Shown here in pieces: positions 27,791-40,199 of a stretch of 64,000 nt of DNA. Below the pieces are notes generated by a model. It made no database searches. It saw nothing but the letters and a program-made list of their open reading frames with translations, and was not told the DNA's origin. Made by a program: the position numbers and the translations under genes. The stretch is taken from assembly GCA_040437565.1 (NCBI GenBank), contig JBDOQK010000042.1:62001-126000 (forward strand), given 5' to 3'. This DNA comes from Albugo candida. Taxonomy: Eukaryota. Each line of letters begins with the position of its first letter. Position 1 is the first letter of the stretch.

Positions 27791-30540
27791 GGGTTGCAAG
27801 CAGTAGTTACCAATATTGAGTCGGAGAGGGCATAGTCGTTCGTATTGGCTCAACTTTGTACTGACTAAAGTTGGGTCCAACCAGCTTCAATGATAAAAAA
27901 AGCTGTCCTGACCGACTTGTTGCTGTTATTTTGTCATGTGCCGCGCACACGCCACGAGCAGCTCCCATATTTGACCACGTCGTGATGGGAATCACGAACA
28001 GCGCACTGCTCGGCTTCCAACTTTGCCAACTTCACCATGCAACCTGTGTTCAAATTCTAATTCTCTGGCAGGAACTGCCACAGCGCCACGAACTTGGACA
28101 GCAAGTGATCCACATTGATCCGCATCAAATCCGACAAAGCGAGAAGCCAAGTCGCTAAAGCAATGGGCGCAGCAACAAGACTGTCGCGACGACCCGCAGC
28201 GCTATCTCTGCGAAGAGCTGAAGAACGAAATCTCGTCGCATATCGTGAGCGCAAACCGGATCAAAGGCGCCGAGGCAGACAACAGCGACGAAGGTAATGG
28301 CGGCATCACGACTCTGGCTGAGCAAGTCGACGACTAAATTGGCGAGAATTTGATTGGTCGTTTGTCGTTGTTCGAGTCGCCGTACGATATGCGCGCGCTC
28401 TGCGACGCCAATTTTACGGCGAGTGGCACGTAGCTGCGGTCGGTGGAGCAACATCAGCGCAGGTGTGCCGATGTACCGCAACAAGAGCAGCACTACGAGC
28501 GTAACGGGGTTGCAGACTACTAAATTCTGCCACAACACTTCCCCCTAACCTTTGCTTGGACCCGCCACCCCCCCCCCATCGTAAAGGGATGCCAGATTGG
28601 TACATCGTCATAAATGCTAATGTGTTTCTGCTTGAATGGGGGAGCTCGCGAAAGAGTTTGTGTATCCGGTCCGCTAGGTGTGCGGTCGTTTCCTGATTCT
28701 GGACACCGTCAGTCCGTCAGCGTTGACTTGACTGTACTAGACCAATTTAGGTACCGAAAAGCCGGATTGGGGAGCTACAAAGGAAACAGGAAGCTACGGA
28801 GACGCCAGGAGGTGGAGCGGCGGTGACGGTTGTCATTAATCGTCCCGATGACCAGTACAGTGAGTTTTGACCGTTCCATGTGACCTCGTTAGTGAACTGG
28901 ATGGCCCGGAAGTNNNNNNNNNNNNNNNNNNNNNNNNNNNNNNNNNNNNNNNNNNNNNNNNNNNNNNNNNNNNNNNNNNNNNNNNNNNNNNNNNNNNNNN
29001 NNNNNNNNNNNNNGGAGCTACAAAGGAAACAGGAAGCTACGGAGACGCCAGGAGGTGGAGCGGCGGTGACGGTTGTCATTAATCGTCCCGATGACCAGTA
29101 CAGTGAGTTTTGACCGTTCCATGTGACCTCGTTAGTGAACTGGATGGCCCGGAAGTTAGTGTAATATCGTTCCGAGTGTGCAATTCATATAAAAATACGC
29201 TGAAGACGACGAAACCCTTTCGTTTTTCCTTGGGTTCCAGATATTCAAATCCAGATAAATTGCTTCGCGTCTCACTCTCCACAATGTCGAATCTTTTGCG
29301 AGAAAGCCTCCTTCCGGAAGGCCAAAACACGGCAACCGCGTCGAATAAGAACTCAATCACGTTATTATGAAATATAGAAGGATGAAGCTTTTCTGGTAGA
29401 CAATGTCTGCGATGTCGGTCGATTAGCGAAATTGGACTTCGGGAATGCTCTAAATCGTAGCATTACTGTTTTTATTCTTCTGCACTGATTTTCAACTGCA
29501 GCCATTCGATCCAATCGCTCATTGAGCGTATTCCTCACGCAAATGCAAACGAACCGAGAAACTTCTCGAAATGACGAACGTTCGTCGCCGTCGCGATTAC
29601 CAGCAGATGTGAAGACGGTCATGGCAGGAGCTTCATTTTTACACAATTAAAATCCTAACCAATCGTCATGGAATTACCGAAATCGGCTCCAGCGTTTGAA
29701 GGCCACAAGCATCGGACCGACAGTTGAAGTCACTCCGCAAGAAAAAGGAAGAAATAAGAGGAAGATAAAAAGCATGCATAAAAAACAACGCTTGACCTGT
29801 TTCCAGAATCATGGGAAAGGTGGCAGAAGGCTTATTTAGAATCAGCAAAAAGAGCGCTGTCGTTCCGGAAGGACGCTTCCTTACAAAAGATTCTGAGTTG
29901 TCTTTAATATGTATCGAAATGTTTGTTTCGTTACTCGAATGACATCGTTCCGGAAGGAGGCTTTTGGGATGTGGACTCAACACCATCATCAACGACCAGC
30001 GCTTTTTATTAGTCAATACGACATGAAGAGGGAGTATAGTATATCTAATTTTGCCGTGCTTCCTGCGCACCTGTTGACGCTAGGGAGCTGTTACTACTGG
30101 CAGAATTACGAATATTTGTTCATCTAAAGGCATTCGTTATGGAAGGAAGGATTTTCGTCTACATTGCCGTCACGTCTATGCACAAAAGAAAGAGGATCGC
30201 GGAACAATTCGTCCGACAGACACGCGCTCAAGTAATCAAAATAGAAGCCAGCCACAGCGCCAGAAAACGCCAAAAACAGAAGCCTCGTAAAATGATGGAC
30301 AATTTTGACGTCACTCACGTGTTTGCATAGTCCAAATCCATCAAAGTGGTAGAATTAGGAATAAGAAAAACGCAATACTGTTTCATTTCTTATCGGTCTT
30401 TCGATTGGATCTCAGTCGATCGGTTAGAAGAATACGTTTTGCACCATGAACAAGATGTGCGGTCTTGTGCCATTTGTAGCGCACACCAAAAGGCTGTTTG
30501 CCCATTATAATTCTTGGTTTGATACGTTCAATTTTTTGAA

Positions 30541-30589
30541 CGTGTGTAATTAGCAGGCCTGAATTGATCAGGCCTGCTAATTACACACG
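30541..30589. repeat. Perfect 22-bp inverted repeat with 5-nt spacer
   Basis: CGTGTGTAATTAGCAGGCCTGA-attga-TCAGGCCTGCTAATTACACACG. The right arm plus downstream sequence recurs at ~30851 and ~31146. Confidence 0.9.
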
Positions 30590-32068
30590 GTAAGAATGAA
30601 TTTTGAGAGACGAATATGATTATNNNNNNNNNNNNNNNNNNNNNNNNNNNNNNNNNNNNNNNNNNNNNNNNNNNNNNNNNNNNNNNNNNNNNNNNNNNNN
30701 NNNNNNNNNNNNNNNNNNNNNNNGGGGATTCTAACGGTTCCCTACATGTATTGCATATATTAGTATGGCTGTCTTTGTTTGTCCTCGATTCATCCTTCAA
30801 ATGATCTAAAATTATCTATGTCAGGACACTACGTCAATGTCCTGAATTGATCAGGCCTGCTAATTACACACGGTAAGAATGAATTTTGAGAGACGAATAT
30901 GATTATAGAAACGTGGAGAATATTTATTCAAGGAGCTCAAGAGCCTTTTTCAATTTTAATTTGGGAAACGTGAAAATCCCCTCAGTGCGTTCGGTAAGAT
31001 CTCCTCAGTTTATTATAATTGGCTAACTTTATGCTTCCATAGCGNNNNNNNNNNNNNNNNNNNNNNNNNNNNNNNNNNNNNNNNNNNNNNNNNNNNNNNN
31101 NNNNNNNNNNNNNNNNNNNNNNNNNNNNNNNNNNNNNNNNNNNNATCAGGCCTGCTAATTACACACGGTAAGAATGAATTTTGAGAGACGAATATGATTA
31201 TAGAAACGTGGAGAATATTTATTCAAGGAGCTCAAGAGCCTTTTTCAATTTTAATTTGGGAAACGTGAAAATTCCCTCAGTGCGTTCGGTAAGATCTCCT
31301 CAGTTTATTATAATTGGCTAACTTTATGCTTCCATAGCGCTACGTACGCCTAGGTAAGGGACAATACGATAATATGATCCAACTGTTCGCTCCTTTTCGA
31401 CGTCAACTATTTTGTGCTCGATTTGCAATCATTTCGTTCAGTTCGGGTTCGCCTTTGTTCGTTTGTGATCATTCTTTTTATACTATCTTATGGTTCACAG
31501 TTTGTTTATAACACAAAAATATATATTATTCTGTAAACTGAGTCCTGTGCGTCCTGTTGTTGCACTTTACATCTTCCTGCATTGTGTCCTACCCTCCAGA
31601 ACGGCCAAATCTTTTTTGCATGGGTGCATTAAGGGATGCTATAAGGAGCTATGGTTGGCTCCTTCGGGTCGATCCAGATGGCCTCCCACGTAGGTGCAGA
31701 GATACTGGTTCAACTTGCAGTAGCTGAAGCATCTGATAACTTAGGCAATCATATTAAACTGAGGAACATAAAACTAGCCAATCATATCAAATTGAGGGGA
31801 TTTTACCGAACGCACTGTGGGGATTTTAACGGTTCCCTTTTCTTTTTAAATTAGTGCAAATGCTCACAAGCAGGGCCTGATTTATTTGATAATATGTCGT
31901 TTGATAGTTTGTATTACTCGGATCATCGAATACAAATCCATGTGATGCTGATCATCTATATCGGCTCATTCTACTTGCTACGTGTCTTAATGCTTTGGCT
32001 CCGGTGTTATTCATTTGAACGATCTGTTCGCACTGTCAAGAAAGTGTTCATAGAAGTACAGCGTCATT

Positions 32069-32353
32069 ATGGATGGAAAAACGCGTTCTGCTCGTTATCG
32101 TGTCCCCGCCGATGCTCCTCTCGTGCCTTCAACGTCACTGGTTGACAGTGTGCAATGCTGTAAGCGTCCAGATAAGTTTTTTTATATTGTTGAAACATCC
32201 ACACGAATTGTCGATGTTCCATATGGCGACCACTTTAGTGTCATTGACCGCTGGACGATTATGCCGATTCAGGTTGAAAGTGGTACTGGAAGTCATTTGC
32301 AATTTGAGCTAAAGGTTGCATTCAGTAAGTCGACAATTGCGTATATATCATGA
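32069..32353 (+). pseudogene. Isolated VASt (StART-like, GRAMD1/LAM family) domain fragment
   Basis: YIVETSTRIVDVPYGDHFSVIDRWTI...LKVAFSKST matches the VASt signature DVPYGD.F.V...W. No flanking exons recognised. Confidence 0.7.
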
Positions 32354-32848
32354 TATAAACGCATGAATGCTAGATTGGCTTCGAACAGTGCACCTACGCT
32401 CAGTCCAGTAGTTAATAGATTCAATGTAATTGATAGTTGCCTTTTAGTTGAGACATAAAATCAGGCTGCCGCTTATCAGTCTAGTAAACGTGGGCACTAC
32501 TTATACTAAACTTTTAACATTAGGTTTTAGAGGAATCATCTGCATGCATTTACTACGTTGGGGAAGATTACGCAAGAAGCTGACTACGTAAACACTACAA
32601 TCGTACATTCATATTTTCTTTAATTTTTAGAATGAGTGTTGGCAGGCGAGCGAAGACGGTTGCGTTAGTAGAAAAAATTGCCGAAACTAAAGTTTTATTT
32701 TATGAAAATCTAAAATCCTAACCAATCGTTTAGACTAAGTACCAAGTGCGACCAGAAACCTAAAGCACATTCTTAAGTCCTTCCACCATGCAGCTGCATA
32801 AGGCTTCTGTCCCACTCTGCATCCAACGGTTTAGCGGAGCCAACAGAT

Positions 32849-32863
32849 TCACTTTTCATTTTT
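32849..32863 (+). promoter_or_regulatory. Oomycete INR+FPR core promoter
   Basis: TCACTTTTCATTTTT ends 20 nt before ATG 32884. A CCAAT lies at ~32722. Confidence 0.6.
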
Positions 32864-32883
32864 AATTCAATCCCACGTAACAA

Positions 32884-33810
32884 ATGCTTGCTGCGTTAGC
32901 ACAAATGTGGTTTCTCGCATTGCACTCTTCAAGGGTCAACAGCTTCCCTGTCTTCCCCCTTCAAACTAAAAAATTCGGAAATTTGAGTGTCCAGCTAATA
33001 GTTCCACAAACAAGTGACTCGATTATAAAGTGGGAAAACCCCACTTTTTTCGGATTGGAATCAAGACCCACGTAGTTTGGAATAAGCAAAGAACAAATGA
33101 AATGGGTTGTAAAGGCAGCCCAGTCGTCACTTCCTGAAATTGTTGACGCTGATAAATTCAATTCAAAACTAGAGTCTAATTTCAAACAGGATGGTTTTGT
33201 ACTCATACCATTCACGTATAATTTGATCACTAAATACAGCAAGGAGAGTTCTGATGAATTTATATACAAGTTTGAATGGAGCCATCATTTCCACACACCA
33301 AAATTGGGCAGATATGTAAAGTGTTGGAATCTTCACTATACTGAAAACCCTGTTTATCAATTTGACGGGAATTCAGCGGTTGGTACTATGGTTTGCGAGG
33401 GAGCTAAGTTTAAAGGTGCAGAAAGGACTCAAGAAGTCCACATTAATCACGGATATGTTCAAAGCGTTTTCCCACCATGGGCTTATGATGATCTTACAAG
33501 AGCAATCAGGGCGGAACCACAAAGTTTTGTTTACCTTCAGGACGCCGAAGGCTTCAATTGCGATGAAATCGGACAACTCAAGCTTGAAACATTTGAATTT
33601 GAATTTGAAACACATTCTACCAAGTATCAGCTCACACGGGCCAATTATTTTATGAAGTCGGCCTTTAACAAAGGAATATGCTTTCTGACAGTAAGTCGCG
33701 GTGTAAAGGCCGATGAGTGGACGCTTGGTGGCCAATTCATCAGAACTTACTTGACCGCGCTCTGGGAGTCAAATGAAAACGAAATTTCCCTCAGCATCAT
33801 CATGGATTGA
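32884..33810 (+). pseudogene. Secreted A1 aspartic-protease-like (pepsin fold) protein lacking the catalytic Asp, interrupted by a single in-frame TAG
   Basis: ORFs 32884-33075 and 33097-33810 are in the same frame, separated only by TAG at 33073-33075. N-terminal signal-peptide-like MLAALAQMWFLALHSSRVNS. C-lobe hallmarks VHINHGYVQSVFP (for IVDTGTS...P), FNCDE, GICFLTV, EWTLGGQFIRTY. Confidence 0.75.
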
Positions 33811-34009
33811 ATGTAACTTTTATCTTACCCCGCATTCTCACGAGTCGCCACAATCGAATTATTTTTTTTTCTTTTCTTTACTTTTCTTTTCGCCTGCACC
33901 TTGGTTCTCATTGCGTACATACGAACATTGTTGCATTAATTCCTCTGACATATGGCATGCTGATGAACGCCTCCACCTTTCATGCCGCAGTCAAGATTTT
34001 GTAACCTAT

Positions 34010-34363
34010 TTAAGTATCGTGAATGATACTAGCGCAATGAATTGAGTGAATACGTTGAATAATGCCAAGATCGAAGACGAACTCTTTACAGGTCATTGCC
34101 CCATTCGTCTCTTCAAGTACTCTAATTAATTTTAGTCCATCAAATGCAATGCACAGCGTGATACATCCCTCCATGCGCAATACATCGTTGTAGATGAGGT
34201 TTAGTAACTAAGAAATAAACACTACTTTATTGCCTGTGGCATCTGTGCATTCTTCTCTGCATAATCTCGTCTCGATACCATGCGCAGAAGCGCACTCGCA
34301 CCGAGCTTTTCTCAAAACCATGAAATAAAGCAGAATCCACAAACTAGGTCTTGATTCTTTCAT
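34010..34363 (-). pseudogene. Truncated pseudogene paralog of the secreted gene at 57365-59068 (absent from the ORF track)
   Basis: Manual translation MKESRPSLWILLYFMVLRKARCECASAHGIETRLCREECTDATGNKVVFIS*LLNLIYNDVLRMEGCITLCIAFDGLKLIRVLEETNGAMTCKEFVFDLGIIQRIHSIHCASIIHDT* aligns with the N-terminus of 57365-59068. The upstream ~80 bp is also homologous. Confidence 0.9.
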
Positions 34364-37300
34364 TGCAAGCAAAATGGGCTGCGGAGTACGGAGAAAATCT
34401 TACAATAAATCAAATGGTCATCACACTCCGCGATCCCTTATTCAACTGCCCAAGTACATTGTCTCACCAACGAGGAGATACGTGGAAGCATGATTATATG
34501 CGATAGATCGGACTCTGATATCTGCGGATGGGGTGCTGATGGGGTGAACCTCCGTAATTTTGAGGCTGTGTCAGGTCCGAGTTATATCCAGTGTTTCCTC
34601 TGTTGCATGAAAACGTATACTTCTCTCTGATCCACGAAGACAGAGTATGCAGCCGCGCTATACTGTAGCTGACTAATGCGGCTCTCATCTCATCCATCAT
34701 TTAGCGTGCACATCCAGCAGAATACGGCAACTTTCGTTAAGTTTATCTTGATTTCTCATATAGAAATGAATATCGCGTTGCTCATTCTGCTCTCTTTCTT
34801 CACAGTTAGCCGACATCCCGGAACCATCGCATCATCTCTTCAAACGTAAGCATCAAGCCTAAAGCTTGACTGGTTGATTCATTATCCACATTTCTTTGGA
34901 TCAATCTGCTGAAATCACAAGCTATGTATAGTGTGTACTGTTTTGTGCCGACCTCTCATTTCGAGTCGATAAGGGGTTATGAAACGATATTCTTGAGCTG
35001 ATCTTTTTTGATAGCTCATGTGCCTCTTTACCATTCATGACAAAGTCGTCATAGTCGCGCATCAATTTACTATTGACACGCACGACAAAGTAGAAAATGA
35101 TTGGACTGAAGCAAATGATTATAATGTGGATATCCTCTTCTTTGTATCTACTACCGATCAATGCTGGAGCAACTAGAAAAGCTATGAGCGATCTCCGAAG
35201 GTCCAGGATAGAGACTACTTCAACTCAGATAACACAACTGAGAAGCATCGGCATGGTATGGGCACTACCGAGATACTCTTTCGGGGTCCACTTTAACAAA
35301 GAGATGATACAAAAGCAAAAAAAGCAAAGATTCCAGTCACTACTTTGGTCGGAATCTAACTTACTTAAGAGCTATCAGACATTTTTCAAGTTCGGCTAGC
35401 CTTCGACATCACTGCGATTACAGGTATCACCTTACCTATTTACGCGCCAACTGCAGCGTATGCTTTCCTGGGGCCGTTACAATGCCAATTGAGCGACAGA
35501 AGTCAAGTGGCTGGCAGAGTTGGTGGAAGGAAGCCACTCATTCAACTTTCAACCGGGAAAGAAAAACTTTGATTCATCACTCAATCCATAATTTGGAATC
35601 TTATGGGTCATGGCTTGCAATATCTTCAAGGCAGTTTTTTTTGGTGATAAATTGATCATTGTGCAGCAAATTGCTGCATCGATCAAGTGAAAAATCATTG
35701 TATCAAACGCGCATTGTTGATAGTCTGCACCTACTACTCCTCGATTTGACAATGCAAGATGGCAGAAAGGCACGAAAGCATGCCAATAGATAATCTGAGT
35801 ACCGAGAAACGCTGCAAGCTGCAATATTATGCAATATTTAGAGAATAGGACGCAAAAGAAGCTGAGTAGGTCGTTGGCACGGCTTAAAACTCAAGCCGAT
35901 GTCGTTCACAAGATCTATCTGATATATCATGCTATTTCCAGCTGTTTTGTAGCCTGCGCAAATTTGGCAATCAAATCAATCCAAAACTTCGAACGGCCTT
36001 CTCAACCCCTCCGATTTTTGCTGCAGAAGAATGCACCCTTTTTGTTTCTATGTTTTATGGAAATCAAAGTTCTTGAGAGCCCGTGACAAACGATCATGAT
36101 TGACGGAAAAATTGGTGGATGTGCTGTATTGTTATTAAAAAGCGTGAAAGTTGCGTGAACGAATGGAGGAATTTTCTTTATCAATCTGGCTATGGAGGAA
36201 GGGCCTCGCATTCGATCAATTCAGCGCCACTATAAACGGACATCAATAGACTTAAGCGATAGGGGCAATAATCAGAAGTCTGTCCACTTTTTGCTCAAAG
36301 CATCATTATACTCGGAGAGGAAACTGCTAGTCAAATGCCAAGATACGCCAAATCTTTCGTTTATAAATGTCCCTTCAACTTCGAAGTGGTACCATACAAC
36401 ATCAAGGCTGTCGTTCTCTCACTTCGTAATCATCTAAGAATCTGGTTTATGGGAAGGAAAGTAGAAATGGTAGCAAAAAGCATCAAGCGTTCTTTTTGTA
36501 AATCAGTCACAGAGTTCACCATTACTACTCTTCTGCCGAAAGTCAACATGGAGAAATGAAGACATTACATGCTAGAATTCAAGCTGTTGGTTGTATCTCT
36601 ACCGTGCTAACTATTAGAGTACGGACGGTCATACACCATGTGCGCTTTTTATTATGATACAAAAAGAAGGGAAAAAGCGCTGTCTACTGATGGAGGAACG
36701 ATTCCAAGCGCCGTGAAGATGTCACTTTTCACGTTTGGATGAAGTGGAAGCCTCAATTCTCCTGAAGGGATTCTTCATCCAATAGTTTCAACTAATAAAA
36801 GCGTATGCCACAATAGTTCTTTTCAGCCTTCCTCCTTGTTTATGCATTGATTTTGCTTGGAATTCAAGCCGAGAATCTTGTGGACATCCTTAAAAATGGA
36901 GTAAAACCTACTTTCTCACCAGTACTTTATCATGGAGTCTACGAATGACTCATGCGTGGCATTCTGGATACAAAGGCTTCACAGAGGATGCGTGTAACAA
37001 CCTCCATCGTACATGCATACGTAATTTTAAATAGTTAAAGAACTGGATTAGCCAATCAGATAGGCGAACCAGGATTCTTTAATTAAAAATCTCACTTTCC
37101 ATTTTTATCAAATAGAGCTACCCCAGCAAATATCTTACTTTGTCAAGGATTTCATTCACTGCTTATCTGGTTCTTTAACTACCTTCCTTATCCTATCATG
37201 AACCCCTGACCGTGTGAATATCACTTAAGTCTGACTTCAAACCTAGGGAGGCAGATATTTTCCAAGCTNNNNNNNNNNNNNNNNNNNNNNNNNNNNNNNN

Positions 37301-37368
37301 NNNNNNNNNNNNNNNNNNNNNNNNNNNNNNNNNNNNNNNNNNNNNNNNNNNNNNNNNNNNNNNNNNNN

Positions 37369-37742
37369 TGATCCCCAACTATCAATCGACAGTGCTCATG
37401 TGCTACATACTGTCTCTCGGATCAATGAACACGCCAAACAAGTGCAGAGAATTCTGCAGCTCTACTTGCGTGTGCGCTTTACAATTTGGTAAAACGTACG
37501 TTTCTCTTCATCAGACTTTGCGCCCAAAAGATATCACATCGAGGCTCAAATACGAAAGTTAGGCCTTTATTACTCTGTATCGAATGAATGTATTGAGAAA
37601 CAATGTGTCGGATCCGTATCCTCCCATTCGGCCCTTGTGAGTGAATGAAAGGGGATAGGAAAACGAGACATTGCAGACAAAACTCAGCCAGCAGGCTGCC
37701 GGGTAATCAGTAGTGATAGAAATAGCGCTGATGACGAAAATA
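37369..37742. repeat. Diverged duplicate of the RWP-RK upstream region (49220-49545)
   Basis: Collinear shared blocks CAACTATCAATCGACAG, TACTTGCGTG, ATCAGACTTTG, CCATTCGG, GAAACGAGAC and TCAGTAGT.ATAGAAATAGCGCTGA, in the same orientation. Confidence 0.8.
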
Positions 37743-40199
37743 TATATAGCACATTTCTTACAGTTCCATTGACCTATTGCAGTTAGCTGAGTCTATCCTG
37801 AAATCGCGTGTATTGACTTGAATTACCCAATTCTACATTCTAATTGTTCACTTGAGATCACCCACATATGATAAGCAATCAAGTGTAAGCCCTGATGTAC
37901 GTTCCAACATCCCACGATTTGATGACTACTCATACCAACGTCAGACATCGTCACGAAACATCCTACNNNNNNNNNNNNNNNNNNNNNNNNNNNNNNNNNN
38001 NNNNNNNNNNNNNNNNNNNNNNNNNNNNNNNNNNNNNNNNNNNNNNNNNNNNNNNNNNNNNNNNNNAGCTGAGTCTATCCTGAAATCGCGTGTATTGACT
38101 TGAACTACCCAATTCTACATTCTAATTTTTCACTTGAGATCACCCACATATGATAAGCTATCAAGTGTAAGCCCTGATGTACGTTCCAACATCCCACGAT
38201 TTGATGACTACTCATACCAACGTCAGACATCGTCACGAAACATCCTACGGATGACTGGGTGGAAGGATCTTGCATTCACTTCTGACGCCACATGATGTCC
38301 AGTGCCCAATAGTCTGGTGATGGGTCTGTGGTAGATCGAATTCATCGATCCTCTACCACAGATATGGCAAGCGACGTGATTTTAAGAATTCACAGGGTCG
38401 AGTGAACGCTTATTGGCAAGGGCTTGCCAGTTCAACCTTGTTGCCCAATGTTATCGTCTTCGATGAGATAGTTCCCATCAGCGGTGAGGAACGGCAGGTT
38501 TGCTGGTATCTAACAGCTGTCCAATCCGAAGCAGTCGGATATATAGGGAGCACAAAAAACAACAAATTCACCGCTTCGTCAGGGTCTGTAATGCACACGT
38601 ACGATCCTATGCCTCGATAAACATTGAAGTATATACATGCATCATCATCACACGTTCAGTAGTCCAGCCTCAGCGATGGGCATTTGCTTCAAGCATGTCG
38701 ATAGTGCAATAGAAGTATCTCTGTTCTTAGTTCTCTTTTGCTGTTATTCTTCACGTAGGTTCAATGAATGACCTGTCTAAAGGAAGCTCAATCTCGAGCG
38801 ATTTTCCATCATTTTTACAGAATCGATAGTGCGTTTATAGCCAGGATTGGAGTAAGGAAACGACATCCTGGGCTGGACCATGCCATACCCCCGTAGTATC
38901 TCTGCAATAACTTGTTTTGATCGCATTTTCAATACAGGCTGTCATCCAACTCTTAGGCTTGCTGGAGAGCTCTTTTTCGAAAAGGAGATAGATGCCTTAT
39001 TGAAAAATTAGAATCCGCGAGTACAAGGCATCGAGAGATCGCATAGGAAAGTCCCTATTTGATACTGTTTGATTCATGGAATTAGAGATTGATGCGAATC
39101 AAAATTCTCTGTGCCATTAAGAAATTCGACATGAAGACCTCGTATAGATTGAAGTGAAGGCATTGATATTTGATATACAAGGTAAGATCAAGATATTTGC
39201 ATAAGCATGAGACCACTTTCAACTGTAGAATGAAAGTGTTGAGAGCCAACTGACCACCAAGTTGTGCAGCGCTGAGTGTGAATACTCGCCCAAAGCCTAT
39301 GAAAGACGGGAAGGAAGCGAGGCATCGGTAAAATGTCTAAATGCTCTAGGACTCAACCACGACAAAAGAAGCACAATGAGCACCCAGAGTCACGATAGTC
39401 ACATAGGATTTACGAACGAGAGTACAGACGTAGTGATAATTGCTTAATCGTGTCATAACGCTACTGTAAGAAAACAAATGGATGGGTCAGAAGTACAAGA
39501 CAGAGAGATCGTATCTACTTGCCCGGTAAGTGAGATGAAATCGACACTATGTACATATACATCGCTCGATGACCGTTGACACAAGACTAGTCGGTCAAAC
39601 AGAACAAAGAAAATTTGATATCAGACTATAGAGAGCAGAAGAATCCTCTAGCAATACTAAACGAGAAAGGCTTCGAGAGCGAGCTTGGGCAAGCGGATTC
39701 TCTAAATTGAGACCGAAAAAGCTACGCCCTTGTGTTTTATTGACTCGACTAACAGAAATCGTATGACATACGTTTCCAGTAAAACGTGCTGACACACACT
39801 GATCGCTATCACCTCTAAGGGTGATTTTCTTTACGAATGGACGAAAAGGAGATACGTTTTGCAATAGACCGATCCTGTGCAGTGCTCGTCACTATCACCT
39901 GGTTGAATTTTAGCTGCGGAAACTCTATCCATAGCGTCCAATCGAAGAAATTTCAACTTACTTGAAGCTTGGTCAAAGTTTGATTAAATTGCCGTTGTAG
40001 CATACAAATTTGTACGCACTCCTTTTTTTTAATTTCAAAGATGCACCAAAAGTCATGAATACTAGGACCCGAGCTCGTCGATACTCCAAAGCTGCAGTGC
40101 ACTCATGTCTCTGATCGAATAAGCGAGGCATCCATATCGTCTACAATCTTAGACTACTACCATTGATGTGCACACTTCCAACGGCTTCGATGCATGTTG

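Noticed and set aside
27871-29370. GC-richer ORF cluster after the hAT remnant
   Set aside because: Short overlapping ORFs with stops in all frames. No assignable domain.
35400-36900. Decayed coding-like region
   Set aside because: No family motif could be supported by eye.
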